Part shown: one piece after another, positions 8,999 through 17,825 of the stretch
Numbering within the stretch: position 1 is the first letter of the stretch
How the letters are laid out: the number at the start of each line of letters is the position of its first letter
NCBI GenBank assembly: GCA_903894295.1
Contig: CAITPI010000134.1
Coordinates: forward strand, 4,793-68,792
Direction of reading: 5' to 3'
Origin: an uncultured Acidimicrobiaceae bacterium
Lineage (GTDB): Bacteria > Actinomycetota > Acidimicrobiia > Acidimicrobiales > RAAP-2
DNA length: 64,000 bases
Position numbers and translations under genes: made by a program
The notes under the pieces: generated by a model
Told to the model about the DNA's origin: nothing
What the model saw: the letters and a program-made list of their open reading frames with translations, nothing else
Databases searched by the model: none

Positions 8999-9805
8999 AT
9001 GGGACGACTGGACGGCAAGGTGGCGCTGGTGACCGGAGCAGCCCGGGGCCAGGGACGGAACCACGCCGTGAAGTTGGCCGAGGAGGGCGCCGACATCCTG
9101 GCGATCGACCTCGGCCACGATCTCGATGGACTCGCCTACCCGATGGGAACGGCCGACGATCTGGCCACCACCGCCGCCCTGGTCGAACAGGCCGGACGAC
9201 GATGCCTGAGCGGGCTGGTCGACGTCCGGGACCACGACGGCCTGCGGGCCTTCGTCGACGCCGGCGTTCGAGAACTCGGGCACCTTGACGTGGCGGTGGC
9301 CAACGCAGGGGTCTGTTCGACCCAACGCTTCACCGAGATCACACCGGAGCTTTGGGGCACCGTGATCGGGATCAACCTCACCGGCGTCTTCAACACCTGT
9401 GCGTCGGTTGTCCCCCACCTGGTTGCCGCCGGCGGCGGTTCGCTGGTTCTGATCTCCTCCACGGCCGGTTCGAAGGGACTCCCCTTTGTCACGCCCTACG
9501 TCGCCGCCAAGCACGGCGTGGTCGGCTTGATGCGCTCCCTGGCCAACGAGTTCGCCGAGGCCGGGGTCCGGGTCAACTCGCTGCATCCGACCGGCGTCGA
9601 CACACCCATGCTGGGCGGCATGGCCGGTCTCGCCGGGTACCTGGCCGAGCGTCCGGATCTCGGACCGCTCTTCATGAACGCCTTGCCTGACAACCTGATC
9701 GGCGTGGAGGACGTCACCAACGCCCTCTTGTTTCTCGCCTCGGACGAGTCCCGGGCCGTCACCGGATTGACCCTGGCCGTCGATGCCGGAGCAGGCAACC
9801 GATGA
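8999..9805 (+). CDS. mycofactocin-coupled SDR-family oxidoreductase (nicotinoprotein type)
   Basis: This is the frame of ORF 8927..9805, starting at ATG 8999 (MGRLDGKVALVTGAARGQGR). It has the characteristic insert DLGHDLDGLAYPMGTADDLATT after the first beta-alpha unit and the Y-x3-K motif YVAAKHG. Confidence 0.8.
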   Translation: MGRLDGKVALVTGAARGQGRNHAVKLAEEGADILAIDLGHDLDGLAYPMGTADDLATTAALVEQAGRRCLSGLVDVRDHDGLRAFVDAGVRELGHLDVAVANAGVCSTQRFTEITPELWGTVIGINLTGVFNTCASVVPHLVAAGGGSLVLISSTAGSKGLPFVTPYVAAKHGVVGLMRSLANEFAEAGVRVNSLHPTGVDTPMLGGMAGLAGYLAERPDLGPLFMNALPDNLIGVEDVTNALLFLASDESRAVTGLTLAVDAGAGNR

Positions 9806-11757
9806 ACGGCACCTACCGCCACCTGCTTTCCCCGCTCCGCATCGGACCGCTGACCGTGGAGAACCGGATCGTCTTCTCGGCCCACCTCACCAACTACGCC
9901 AAAAACGGAAAGCCGACCGAGCAGCATGCCGCCTACTACGCCGCCCGGGCGGCCGGTGGGGCCGGCCTCATCATCACCGAGGAGCACTCGACCCATCACA
10001 CCGACTGGCCGTACGAGAAGCTGATCCATGGCTTCCATCCCGAGGTCATCCCCGGCTACCGGCGGATCACCGACGCCGTGCACGCCCACGGCGTGCCGAT
10101 CCTGGCCCAGATCAACCACAACGGCGGCCAGGCCTCCTCGATGTACTCGCGGCTTCCGGTCTGGGCACCGAGTCCCGTGCCCGATCCCCTGTTCCGTGAG
10201 GTCCCCAAAGCCGTCGAGCCCCACGAGATCGCCGAGATCGTTGCCGGCTACGCGCTCGTGGCCCGCCACTGCATGGACGGGGGTTTCGACGGGATCGAGC
10301 TCCAGTGCTCGCACTCCTCCATCGTCCGGGGCTTTCTTTCGCCCGCCACCAACAAGCGCCGGGACCACTACGGCGGCTCCCTCGAGAACCGGGCCCGCCT
10401 GTTGTTGGAGATCGTCGCAGCCGTCCGGGGGGTCATCGGACCACAACGGGCGCTTGGCGTCCGGTTGTGCGGGGACGAACTCATCGAAGGCGGCACCACC
10501 ATCGACGAAGCCGTGGCCGTGGCCCGGATGGTGCAGGCCACCGGCGAAGTCGACTACATCAACACCTCGATCGGCGTGGCGACCGCCACCCTCTTCATGA
10601 TCGAAGCCAGCATGCAGGTCCCCTCGGGCTACTCCTCGTTCATCCCGAGCGCCATCCGGGACGCCGTCGACCTGCCGGTGGTCGGGGTCGGACGGTACAA
10701 GGATCCCCTGGCCGCCGACCGGGCGCTGGCCGAGGGACTGTGCGACCTGGTGGGCGTGGTCCGGGGTCAGATCGCCGATCCGGACTTTGCCGCCAAGGCC
10801 CGTTCCGGCCACACCACCGACATCAGGACCTGCCTGTCCTGCAACCAGGAGTGCGTGGGCCGGATGGGACTGAACCGCTGGCTCGGCTGCATCGAAAATC
10901 CCCGGACCGGGCACGAGGCCGTGGCTTTGCCCGAGCCCACCCGACGGCGGCGGGTGGTCGTCGTGGGCGGTGGACCGGCCGGCATGCAGGCGGCTGTGAC
11001 CGCCGCCGAGCGGGGTCACGAGGTGGTCCTGCTCGAACGGTCCGAGCGCCTCGGCGGTCAGGTCAACACCGCGGCGGCCGTGCCCAGCCGGGCCGAGTTC
11101 TACGACATCGCCCGCAACCTCATGGTGGCCACCCGCCGGGAAGGCGTCGACGTCCGACTGGCCACGGAGGCCACGCCCGAACTCCTCGCAACCCTTCAGG
11201 CCGACGTGATCATCCTGGCCACCGGGGCCCGGCCCCAACGGCCGTGGTGGGCCGGCGACTTCGAACAGGTCGTCGACGTGCGGGACGTTCTCGAAGGACG
11301 GGCCGAGGTGACCGGCGACGTCGTGGTCATCGACGAACTGGGGTTCCACCACGCCACCTCGGTCGCCGAGTTCCTGGCGGCCCGGGGATGTCGGGTCGAG
11401 GTGGCCACCAACGGCATGGTGGTCGGGCAGGATCTGGGCATCACCCTCGACCTCGAGATCTGGAACATGAAGGCCCACCACGCCGGGATCACCCAGTCGG
11501 TTGATCTCGTGCCCATGGGGATCACCGCCACCGACGAGGGTCGCCTGCAGTTGAACCTGCAGCACCACCCCACCGGCCAGGACGTCGTCCGCACCGCCGA
11601 CTGGGTGGTCTGCGCCGTCCACCAACAGGCCGATGACGACCTCTGGCACCAGTTGAAGGACGGAGGGGTCCCTCTCCGTCGGATCGGTGACTGCCTGGCT
11701 CCCCGCCGGGCCAATGCCGCCGTGATCGAGGGTCAACGGGCGGCGGTGGCGCTGTGA
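9802..11757 (+). CDS. FadH/OYE-family flavo-iron-sulfur oxidoreductase (mycofactocin-associated type 2)
   Basis: ORF 9802..11757 (ATGA overlap). It has the same architecture as 7069..8997: AAYYAARAAGGAGLIITEE, CLSCNQECVGRMGLNRWLGC and VVVVGGGPAGMQAA. Confidence 0.8.
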   Translation: MNGTYRHLLSPLRIGPLTVENRIVFSAHLTNYAKNGKPTEQHAAYYAARAAGGAGLIITEEHSTHHTDWPYEKLIHGFHPEVIPGYRRITDAVHAHGVPILAQINHNGGQASSMYSRLPVWAPSPVPDPLFREVPKAVEPHEIAEIVAGYALVARHCMDGGFDGIELQCSHSSIVRGFLSPATNKRRDHYGGSLENRARLLLEIVAAVRGVIGPQRALGVRLCGDELIEGGTTIDEAVAVARMVQATGEVDYINTSIGVATATLFMIEASMQVPSGYSSFIPSAIRDAVDLPVVGVGRYKDPLAADRALAEGLCDLVGVVRGQIADPDFAAKARSGHTTDIRTCLSCNQECVGRMGLNRWLGCIENPRTGHEAVALPEPTRRRRVVVVGGGPAGMQAAVTAAERGHEVVLLERSERLGGQVNTAAAVPSRAEFYDIARNLMVATRREGVDVRLATEATPELLATLQADVIILATGARPQRPWWAGDFEQVVDVRDVLEGRAEVTGDVVVIDELGFHHATSVAEFLAARGCRVEVATNGMVVGQDLGITLDLEIWNMKAHHAGITQSVDLVPMGITATDEGRLQLNLQHHPTGQDVVRTADWVVCAVHQQADDDLWHQLKDGGVPLRRIGDCLAPRRANAAVIEGQRAAVAL

Positions 11758-12659
11758 GCCGTCGGGCGGTCGTTCCGGTCCGGGATGGTCGGCTCCCCAA
11801 GGGAGCCGCCGACGCCGTGGCGCTGGCCGACGGAGAGGTGATCCTGGTCGGCGAGGGAACCCGGGACGCCGCCGAAGTGCTCTTGGCCCGGACCACCTGG
11901 TGTCTGGAAGCCGCCTTTGCTCCCGGTCGTCTGGCCGCCGGACTGGCTCCCCATCTGGACGACGTCGACGTCGTCATCGTGCCGGCGTCCCTCGACGGGC
12001 GGGATCTGGCCCCGCGCCTCGCGGCCCAAATGGACCGTCCGCTGTGGGCCCGGGCCACCGAACTCGACGACCACCAGGCCCTTCTGGCCCGGATCGACGA
12101 CCGGGTCGTCGTCCCGGTCCGCCTGGACGGACCGTGTGTCGTTACCGTGCTCCTCCAGGGTCGCGCCTACACCGGGAGTGGCGGTCCCGTCCACGAACTC
12201 TTGCCCGTCGCCGACACCGGGCTGGAGGCCAGCCAACTCTCGGTGTCCGAGCCCGACGTCCGGGATCTGGCCGAGGCGCCCCGGGTGTTGGCCGGAGGCG
12301 CCGGACTGGTCCAGGGTCTCGATGACCACGAGGCGCGCCAGGTCTTCGCCCTGCTGGAACGGGTCGGCGAGGCGCTCGGGGCCGCCATGGGCGCCACCCG
12401 GGTCGCCACCGATGCCGGTTGGGTCTCCTACGACCGCCAGATCGGCACGACCGGCGTGGTGATCGATCCCGACCTCTATGTCGCCTTCGGTATTTCCGGC
12501 GCCGCCCAACACGTGGACGGCCTCGGCACCCCGAAGCACATCGTCAGCATCAACCTGGACGCTTCCTGTCCCATGACCGCCCGGTCCGACCTCGGACTGG
12601 TCTCCGATGCGAGGGCGCTCCTCGTCGCCCTCGCCCAACGACTGGGGGTGGAATCGTGA
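11754..12659 (+). CDS. electron transfer flavoprotein alpha subunit (EtfA/FixB-like)
   Basis: ORF 11754..12659 (GTGA overlap). The C-terminal FAD-binding signature is IGTTGVVIDPDLYVAFGISGAAQHVDGL. Confidence 0.75.
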   Translation: MSRRAVVPVRDGRLPKGAADAVALADGEVILVGEGTRDAAEVLLARTTWCLEAAFAPGRLAAGLAPHLDDVDVVIVPASLDGRDLAPRLAAQMDRPLWARATELDDHQALLARIDDRVVVPVRLDGPCVVTVLLQGRAYTGSGGPVHELLPVADTGLEASQLSVSEPDVRDLAEAPRVLAGGAGLVQGLDDHEARQVFALLERVGEALGAAMGATRVATDAGWVSYDRQIGTTGVVIDPDLYVAFGISGAAQHVDGLGTPKHIVSINLDASCPMTARSDLGLVSDARALLVALAQRLGVES

Positions 12660-13957
12660 CCAGCTACGACGCCATTGTGGTGGGCGCCGGTCCGGCCGGA
12701 GCCAGCGCCGCCCTCGCCCTGGCCCGGGCCGGTCGACGGGTCGTGATGGTCGAGCGGGGCCTGTTTCCCGGAGCCAAGAACGTCTACGGCGGGGTCATCT
12801 ACGGGCGGGTCCTCGACGACATCATCCCGGCCTGGTGGGAAGAGGTTCCCTTCGACCGCTGGGTGGTTCGCCGCTCGACGATGGTGATGACACCGAACCA
12901 GTCCCTGTCCATCGACTACCGCACCGACGCCTGGGCCGACGCCCCCTACAACGGCATGACGGCCACCCGGTCCCGCTTCGACGCATGGCTGGCCGGCCGC
13001 GCCGTAGCCGAAGGCGCCACCCTGGTGACCTCCACCGTGGCCACCGGCCTCATCCGGGACCAACGCGGTGCCGTTGTGGGCGTGCGGACCGACCGCGACG
13101 GGGCCGAGCTTCTGGCACCGGTGGTCGTCGCCGCCGACGGCGTGAACTCCTTCCTTGCCAAGGAGGCCGGGCTCCTCCCGAAGGCCGATGCGGCCCACCA
13201 CACCCTTGGGGTGAAAGAAGTCCTGAAACTCCCCACCGAGGTCATCAACGACCGCTTCGGGGTCAGCAACCACCAGGGAGTGGACATCGAGATGCTGGGC
13301 TGCACCGGCGAGGTTCCCGGAGGCGGATTCCTCTACACCAACACCGACTCGGTCAGCATCGGTGTCGTGCTTTCGCTTCCGCAGCTGGCGGCTTCGGGCC
13401 GGCGCCCGGAGTCGTTCATTGCCGACCTGAAGGAGCACCCGTCCATCGCCCCGCTGCTGCGTGGCGCCACCCTTGGCGAGTATTCGGCCCATCTCATCCC
13501 CGAAGGGGGCTTCCACGTCATGCCCAAACTGGCCGTCGACGGGATGGTGCTGACCGGCGATGCCGCCGGGATGACCCTGGCCGCCGGCATCTGGCTGGAA
13601 GGCGTCAACTTCGCCATCGGCTCCGGCTGGACGGCCGGGCAGGCCATCGACCGGGCATTGGCCACCGGGGACGTCTCGGCATCCGGCCTCGCTTCCTACC
13701 GCTCGGACCTCGAGGAGTCCTTCGTCCTGGCTGACCACCGACGTCTCCGCCGGGCCCCCGGCCTCGTGCTGTCCGAACGGGTCCAGCAGCGCTACCCGGG
13801 ACTCGTCTGTGACCTGGCCGAGAGCTTCTTCACCGTGACCAACCCGACACCCAAGGCGGGCGGACGCAAGTGGCTGCAGGCGGCAACGAAAAAACATGGC
13901 GTGCGCCTGCGCCACCTGGTCCGTGACGGCTGGGAAGGAATGAGGACGTTCGGATGA
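12656..13957 (+). CDS. FAD-dependent ETF:quinone oxidoreductase-like protein (FixC-like)
   Basis: This is the frame of ORF 12419..13957, starting at GTG 12656 (GTGA overlap). It has the YDAIVVGAGPAGASAALALARAG dinucleotide fold and GFLYTN...HLIPEGG, which are typical of FixC. Confidence 0.8.
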   Translation: MTSYDAIVVGAGPAGASAALALARAGRRVVMVERGLFPGAKNVYGGVIYGRVLDDIIPAWWEEVPFDRWVVRRSTMVMTPNQSLSIDYRTDAWADAPYNGMTATRSRFDAWLAGRAVAEGATLVTSTVATGLIRDQRGAVVGVRTDRDGAELLAPVVVAADGVNSFLAKEAGLLPKADAAHHTLGVKEVLKLPTEVINDRFGVSNHQGVDIEMLGCTGEVPGGGFLYTNTDSVSIGVVLSLPQLAASGRRPESFIADLKEHPSIAPLLRGATLGEYSAHLIPEGGFHVMPKLAVDGMVLTGDAAGMTLAAGIWLEGVNFAIGSGWTAGQAIDRALATGDVSASGLASYRSDLEESFVLADHRRLRRAPGLVLSERVQQRYPGLVCDLAESFFTVTNPTPKAGGRKWLQAATKKHGVRLRHLVRDGWEGMRTFG

Positions 13958-14250
13958 ACAACCGCTGGCAGGGAGTTTCCTTCACCGACCGACTCGCCAC
14001 GGTCGACTACCGGGTCGGCGAACGGGCCCACATCGTCGTGGACTCCGACGTCTGTCGGTCCTGCACCACCAAGGCCTGCGTCACGGCCTGCCCGGCCAAC
14101 CTGTTCGCCCCCACCGCCGAGGGCGGCATCCTGTTCAACTACGAGGACTGCTTCGAGTGCGGCACCTGTTACATGGTCTGCAACAACGATGGAGCGATCA
14201 CCTGGACCTACCCGGACGGCGGATTTGGCGTCGTCTTCCACCGGGGCTGA
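13954..14250 (+). CDS. FixX-like ferredoxin
   Basis: ORF 13954..14250 (ATGA overlap), 98 aa. CRSCTTKACVTACPANLF...CFECGTCYMVC matches the FixX ferredoxin-like protein pattern. Confidence 0.8.
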   Translation: MNNRWQGVSFTDRLATVDYRVGERAHIVVDSDVCRSCTTKACVTACPANLFAPTAEGGILFNYEDCFECGTCYMVCNNDGAITWTYPDGGFGVVFHRG

Positions 14251-14252
14251 CC

Positions 14253-15041
14253 ATGATCGGCGTCGTGCTCACCATCTCCGACCTGCACCCATCGGTCGAT
14301 CCGTTGACCGGAGCGGTTCACGACGATTCCTTCGGCTTCGGCCTGACCGCCGCCGACGGGTGTGCCCTCGAGACGGCCTTGCGGCTGGCCGAGGCGACCT
14401 CGACTCCTCTGGAGGTCGTCGCCATCGCACCCGACGCGGCCGGAAATGTGCTGGGGGAAGTTGCGGCCTTCGGGGTGGCAACCACCCGGATCGAAGTCTC
14501 CGCCCTGGTCGTCGACGAGCGGGCCCTGGCCGCCCAGGTCGCCGGGCTGCTCGCCGGAGCCACCCTGGTGCTCACCGGTTGGACCGACACCGGGGCCCTG
14601 CCCGCCTTTCTGGCCCACGAACTCGGCGCCGCCCAGGGGCTGGGCCTGCTCACCCTGGAGGCCCGGGGGGAGCGTCTGGTTGGCGTGCGACGGCTCGATG
14701 GTGGCTGGCGGGAGGAGCTGGACCTGCCGACGCCATCGGTGTGTTCGATGGAAGGCGGGTCGCTCCGCTTGCGCCGCGCTCCGCTGTCCGGAGCCCTCAG
14801 CCCCTCGCCGGTTCGGGTCATCCCCGGTCCGGCCGAACCCACCGGGGTGGGTTCACCGCGGCCGTTCCGGCCATCGGCCCGACCCCTTCCGGCTCCCGCC
14901 GGGAGTCAACACGAGCGGTTGCTGGCCCTGACCGGGGCGATGGAAGAGCACGAACCTCCGGTGGCAATGGGTCCGCTTCCGCCCGTCGAGGGAGCCGGGG
15001 AGCTTCTCGGATTCCTGGCCCGACAGGGCTATCTGAGCTGA
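14253..15041 (+). CDS. electron transfer flavoprotein beta subunit-like (EtfB/FixA-like), divergent
   Basis: This is the frame of ORF 14157..15041, starting at ATG 14253. MIGVVLTISDLHPSVDPLTG...ADGCALETALRLAE...LVLTGWTDTG..PAFLAHELG follows the EtfB layout. The C-terminal third is Pro-rich and looks divergent. Confidence 0.6.
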   Translation: MIGVVLTISDLHPSVDPLTGAVHDDSFGFGLTAADGCALETALRLAEATSTPLEVVAIAPDAAGNVLGEVAAFGVATTRIEVSALVVDERALAAQVAGLLAGATLVLTGWTDTGALPAFLAHELGAAQGLGLLTLEARGERLVGVRRLDGGWREELDLPTPSVCSMEGGSLRLRRAPLSGALSPSPVRVIPGPAEPTGVGSPRPFRPSARPLPAPAGSQHERLLALTGAMEEHEPPVAMGPLPPVEGAGELLGFLARQGYLS

Positions 15042-15739
15042 TGCCCACGCTCGCCGGCATGACCTGGAGCGAACTGGCCAGCCGACCGGTCGTCCTCGTA
15101 CCCGTTGGAGCCACCGAGCAGCACGGACCCCATCTCCCCCTTTCGACCGACACCGACATCGCCCTCGCCCTGGCCCAACGGGCCGCCCTGGCCCGACCAG
15201 CCTGTGTCGTCGCTCCTCCAGTGGCCTATGGGTCAAGCGGCGAGCACCAGGGCTTTCCCGGCACGTTGTCCATCGGGCTCGAGGCCATCCGGATGGTGTT
15301 GGTGGAGCTCGTCCGGTCCGCATCCTCCTTTGCCACCGCCACCGTCCTGGTCTCCACGCACGGAGGCAACCGGGCGGCCCTCGACGAGGTCCGCCGGACG
15401 CTTGGGAACGAAGGCCACCGTTTTGCCATCTTCACCCCGACCTGGCGAGGTGACGCCCACGCCGGGCGACTCGAGACCAGTCTCATGCTGGCCATCTCGC
15501 CCGGCCGGGTGCGGCGCCCACTGGCCCAACCGGGAAACACCACCGCCCTGGCGGAACTGCTGCCCCGGCTCCGGGCCGAAGGGGTGCGGGCCGCCAGTCC
15601 CAGTGGCGTCCTCGGTGATCCGACCGGCGCCAGCGGCGGGGAAGGTGAGGAACTTCTCGCCACTGCGCTCGATGAGCTACTCCTCGTCGTGGACGAGTTC
15701 GCCCAACGAAAGGAACCGACATGTCCCGAGTTGCTGTAG
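15041..15739 (+). CDS. mftE: mycofactocin peptidase MftE (creatininase-fold)
   Basis: This is the frame of ORF 14189..15739, but the real start is at ATG 15041 (TGATG junction). VLVPVGATEQHGPHLPLSTDTDIA, GSSGEHQGFPGTLS, STHGGN and HAGRLETS are creatinine amidohydrolase-family motifs. Confidence 0.85.
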   Translation: MPTLAGMTWSELASRPVVLVPVGATEQHGPHLPLSTDTDIALALAQRAALARPACVVAPPVAYGSSGEHQGFPGTLSIGLEAIRMVLVELVRSASSFATATVLVSTHGGNRAALDEVRRTLGNEGHRFAIFTPTWRGDAHAGRLETSLMLAISPGRVRRPLAQPGNTTALAELLPRLRAEGVRAASPSGVLGDPTGASGGEGEELLATALDELLLVVDEFAQRKEPTCPELL

Positions 15740-16503
15740 TGACCGGGGCGGCCCGGGGCATCGGTGCCGCCACGGTCCGCCGCATGGTGGCCGATGACTG
15801 GCTGGTGGTGGCGGTCGACCGGGGATCGGACGATCCTCGTCTGCCCTATCCACTCGGCACTGCCGAGGAGTTGGCCGCGGTGGCCGAGGCCGGTGGCGAC
15901 CGGGTGATCGCCATGCTCGCCGACACCACCGACCCCGACGGCCTGGCCGCTGCGGTGGCCCGGGCCGAGTCCGAGTTCGGGGGCCTCGATGCCATGGTGG
16001 CCGCCGCCGGCGTGATCGCCGGAGGGGTCCCACTGTGGGAGATGCCCGACCACGAGATCGCTTCCGTGCTCGGCGTCAACCTCGGAGGGGTCATCAACGC
16101 CGCCCGGGTCTCCATACCGGCCCTGCTGCGCCAACCCTCCCCCCGCTCCGGCCGGTTTCTGGCCGTGGCGTCCGCCGCCGCCTCCCGGGGCCTCCCCATG
16201 CTGGCCGCCTACGGAGCGGCCAAAGCCGGCGTCGCCGGCCTGATCCGGGGACTGGCCGTCGAACTGGGCAACTCCGGAGTGACGGCCAACGCCGTCTCCC
16301 CCGGTTCCACCGACACCGCGCTCCTGGAGGAGAGCGCCCGCATCTACGGCCTCGAATCGACCGCCGCGTTCACCCACCACCAGCCGATCGGTCGCCTGCT
16401 GGGAGCCGACGAGGTGGCGGCGGCCATCGTCTGGCTGGCCGGTAATGATTCGAGCGGCCTGACCGGGGCCGTCGTTCCCGTCGACGGCGGGCTGGCCCTG
16501 TGA
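15721..16503 (+). CDS. mycofactocin-coupled SDR-family oxidoreductase (second copy)
   Basis: ORF 15721..16503. It has VAVVTGAARGIGAA, the insert DRGSDDPRLPYPLGTAEELAAV and YGAAKAG. It lies between mftE and mftF. Confidence 0.8.
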   Translation: MSRVAVVTGAARGIGAATVRRMVADDWLVVAVDRGSDDPRLPYPLGTAEELAAVAEAGGDRVIAMLADTTDPDGLAAAVARAESEFGGLDAMVAAAGVIAGGVPLWEMPDHEIASVLGVNLGGVINAARVSIPALLRQPSPRSGRFLAVASAAASRGLPMLAAYGAAKAGVAGLIRGLAVELGNSGVTANAVSPGSTDTALLEESARIYGLESTAAFTHHQPIGRLLGADEVAAAIVWLAGNDSSGLTGAVVPVDGGLAL

Positions 16504-17825
16504 GCCCTCGTCAGCTCCGGCTGACGATCGATCCATCCGTCCGCCGATTCGGCACCACCCTCCTCGGCGGTCAACCCACCCGCCTGATGAAACTCTCGCC
16601 GGCCGGCCTGTCGGTCCTCGACGACCTCCAACGGGGCTGTCCACCCACCCCGGGGGCCACCGCGCTGTTCCACCGGTTGGTCACGGCCGGACTCGCCCAT
16701 CCGAGAGGCGAAGGAACCGGAACCCTCACGGTGGTCATTCCGGTCCACAACCGGCCCGACGAGCTCGAAGCGTGTCTGGATGCCCTCGGGACCCGGTGGC
16801 CGGTCGTCGTCGTCGACGATGCATCCGAACATCCACCGGAACGACGACCTGGTATCCGTCATCTCCGACTGGACGTGAACTCCGGGCCGGGCGCGGCCCG
16901 CAACGCCGGGGCGGCGTTGTGTGGGACCGAGTTCATCGCCTTCGTGGACAGCGACGTCACCATCTCCGGCGACGACCTCGCCGGGTTGCTGAGTTGCATG
17001 GACGATCCCGAGGTGGTCGCCACCGCACCCCGGATCAGACCGTTGGCGACCGGACGGACCAACTGGCTGTCACGCTTCGCCGACGGACACTCGGACCTCG
17101 ATCTCGGCGCCCTGGAGAGCGAGGTCGGACCGGGCAAACGGGTCACCTACGTGCCTTCGGCGGTGCTGGTCATCCGCCGGGATGCCTTGGATGACGGCTT
17201 CGACGAGGACCTGCGGGTCGGCGAAGACGTCGACCTCGTCTGGCGGCTGGTGGCCGCCGGGGGCAGGATCCGCTACAACCCCGGCGTGGTGGCGAGGCAC
17301 CGGGAACCGACAAGTTGGGCCCGTTGGTTCAGGCGGCGCTACTCGTATGGAACCTCGGCCGGACCCCTGGCCGTGCGACACCCATCCGGGCCCCTCCGCC
17401 CGACCTTCTCCCGGTGGCCGACGCTGTCCGTCATCGGGCTGCTCTCGGCCCGCCGGTCCACGACCCTGGTCGGTGCCGCCGCCGCCGGGTGGACGGTCAC
17501 GAGGGCCACAAGGACCCTCCGCCCGAAGGGGATCCCGGGACCGGATGCCGCCCGGATGGGCGTGGCCGGGATGGGCTGGACGTTGGTTGGCCTGCTCTCC
17601 TGGGCACTGACGGCATTCGTTCCCCTCGCACTGCTCCGCCGGAAGCGCCGGTGGCTGGTCGTCCTGCCGGCTCTCGTTGCGTGGTGGAACAGGAAGCCCG
17701 AACTCGACCCCGTGCGTTGGGTGGCGGCCAGTCTCGTCGACGATGTCGCCTATGGTGCCGGGGTTTGGGCCGGCTGCCTGAAGGCCCGGACCCTGGCACC
17801 CCTCCTCCCCCGCTGGACCAACTGA
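16500..17825 (+). CDS. mftF: mycofactocin system glycosyltransferase MftF (GT2)
   Basis: ORF 16500..17825 (GTGA overlap). It has an N-terminal PqqD-like segment, a GT2 core (VVIPVHNRPDELEACL...VVVVDDAS...FVDSD) and C-terminal TM helices. Confidence 0.8.
   Translation: MSPRQLRLTIDPSVRRFGTTLLGGQPTRLMKLSPAGLSVLDDLQRGCPPTPGATALFHRLVTAGLAHPRGEGTGTLTVVIPVHNRPDELEACLDALGTRWPVVVVDDASEHPPERRPGIRHLRLDVNSGPGAARNAGAALCGTEFIAFVDSDVTISGDDLAGLLSCMDDPEVVATAPRIRPLATGRTNWLSRFADGHSDLDLGALESEVGPGKRVTYVPSAVLVIRRDALDDGFDEDLRVGEDVDLVWRLVAAGGRIRYNPGVVARHREPTSWARWFRRRYSYGTSAGPLAVRHPSGPLRPTFSRWPTLSVIGLLSARRSTTLVGAAAAGWTVTRATRTLRPKGIPGPDAARMGVAGMGWTLVGLLSWALTAFVPLALLRRKRRWLVVLPALVAWWNRKPELDPVRWVAASLVDDVAYGAGVWAGCLKARTLAPLLPRWTN

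Noticed and set aside
9496-11736. 746-aa minus-strand ORF
   Set aside because: It is antisense to the second OYE-type gene and to the SDR gene. Its composition is low-complexity G/D/P/H/V, so I treat it as a high-GC artefact.
7069-11757. Calling the OYE-type enzymes functional replacements of MftD
   Set aside because: They share only the use of FMN. The folds and chemistry differ, and mftD may simply lie outside the window. I mention this only as one hypothesis.
14189-15040. N-terminal 284 codons of ORF 14189..15739 (a 516-aa version of mftE)
   Set aside because: This part is Arg/Pro/Gly junk that reads the EtfB-like gene in another frame. The creatininase-fold sequence begins at ATG 15041, immediately after the EtfB-like stop.
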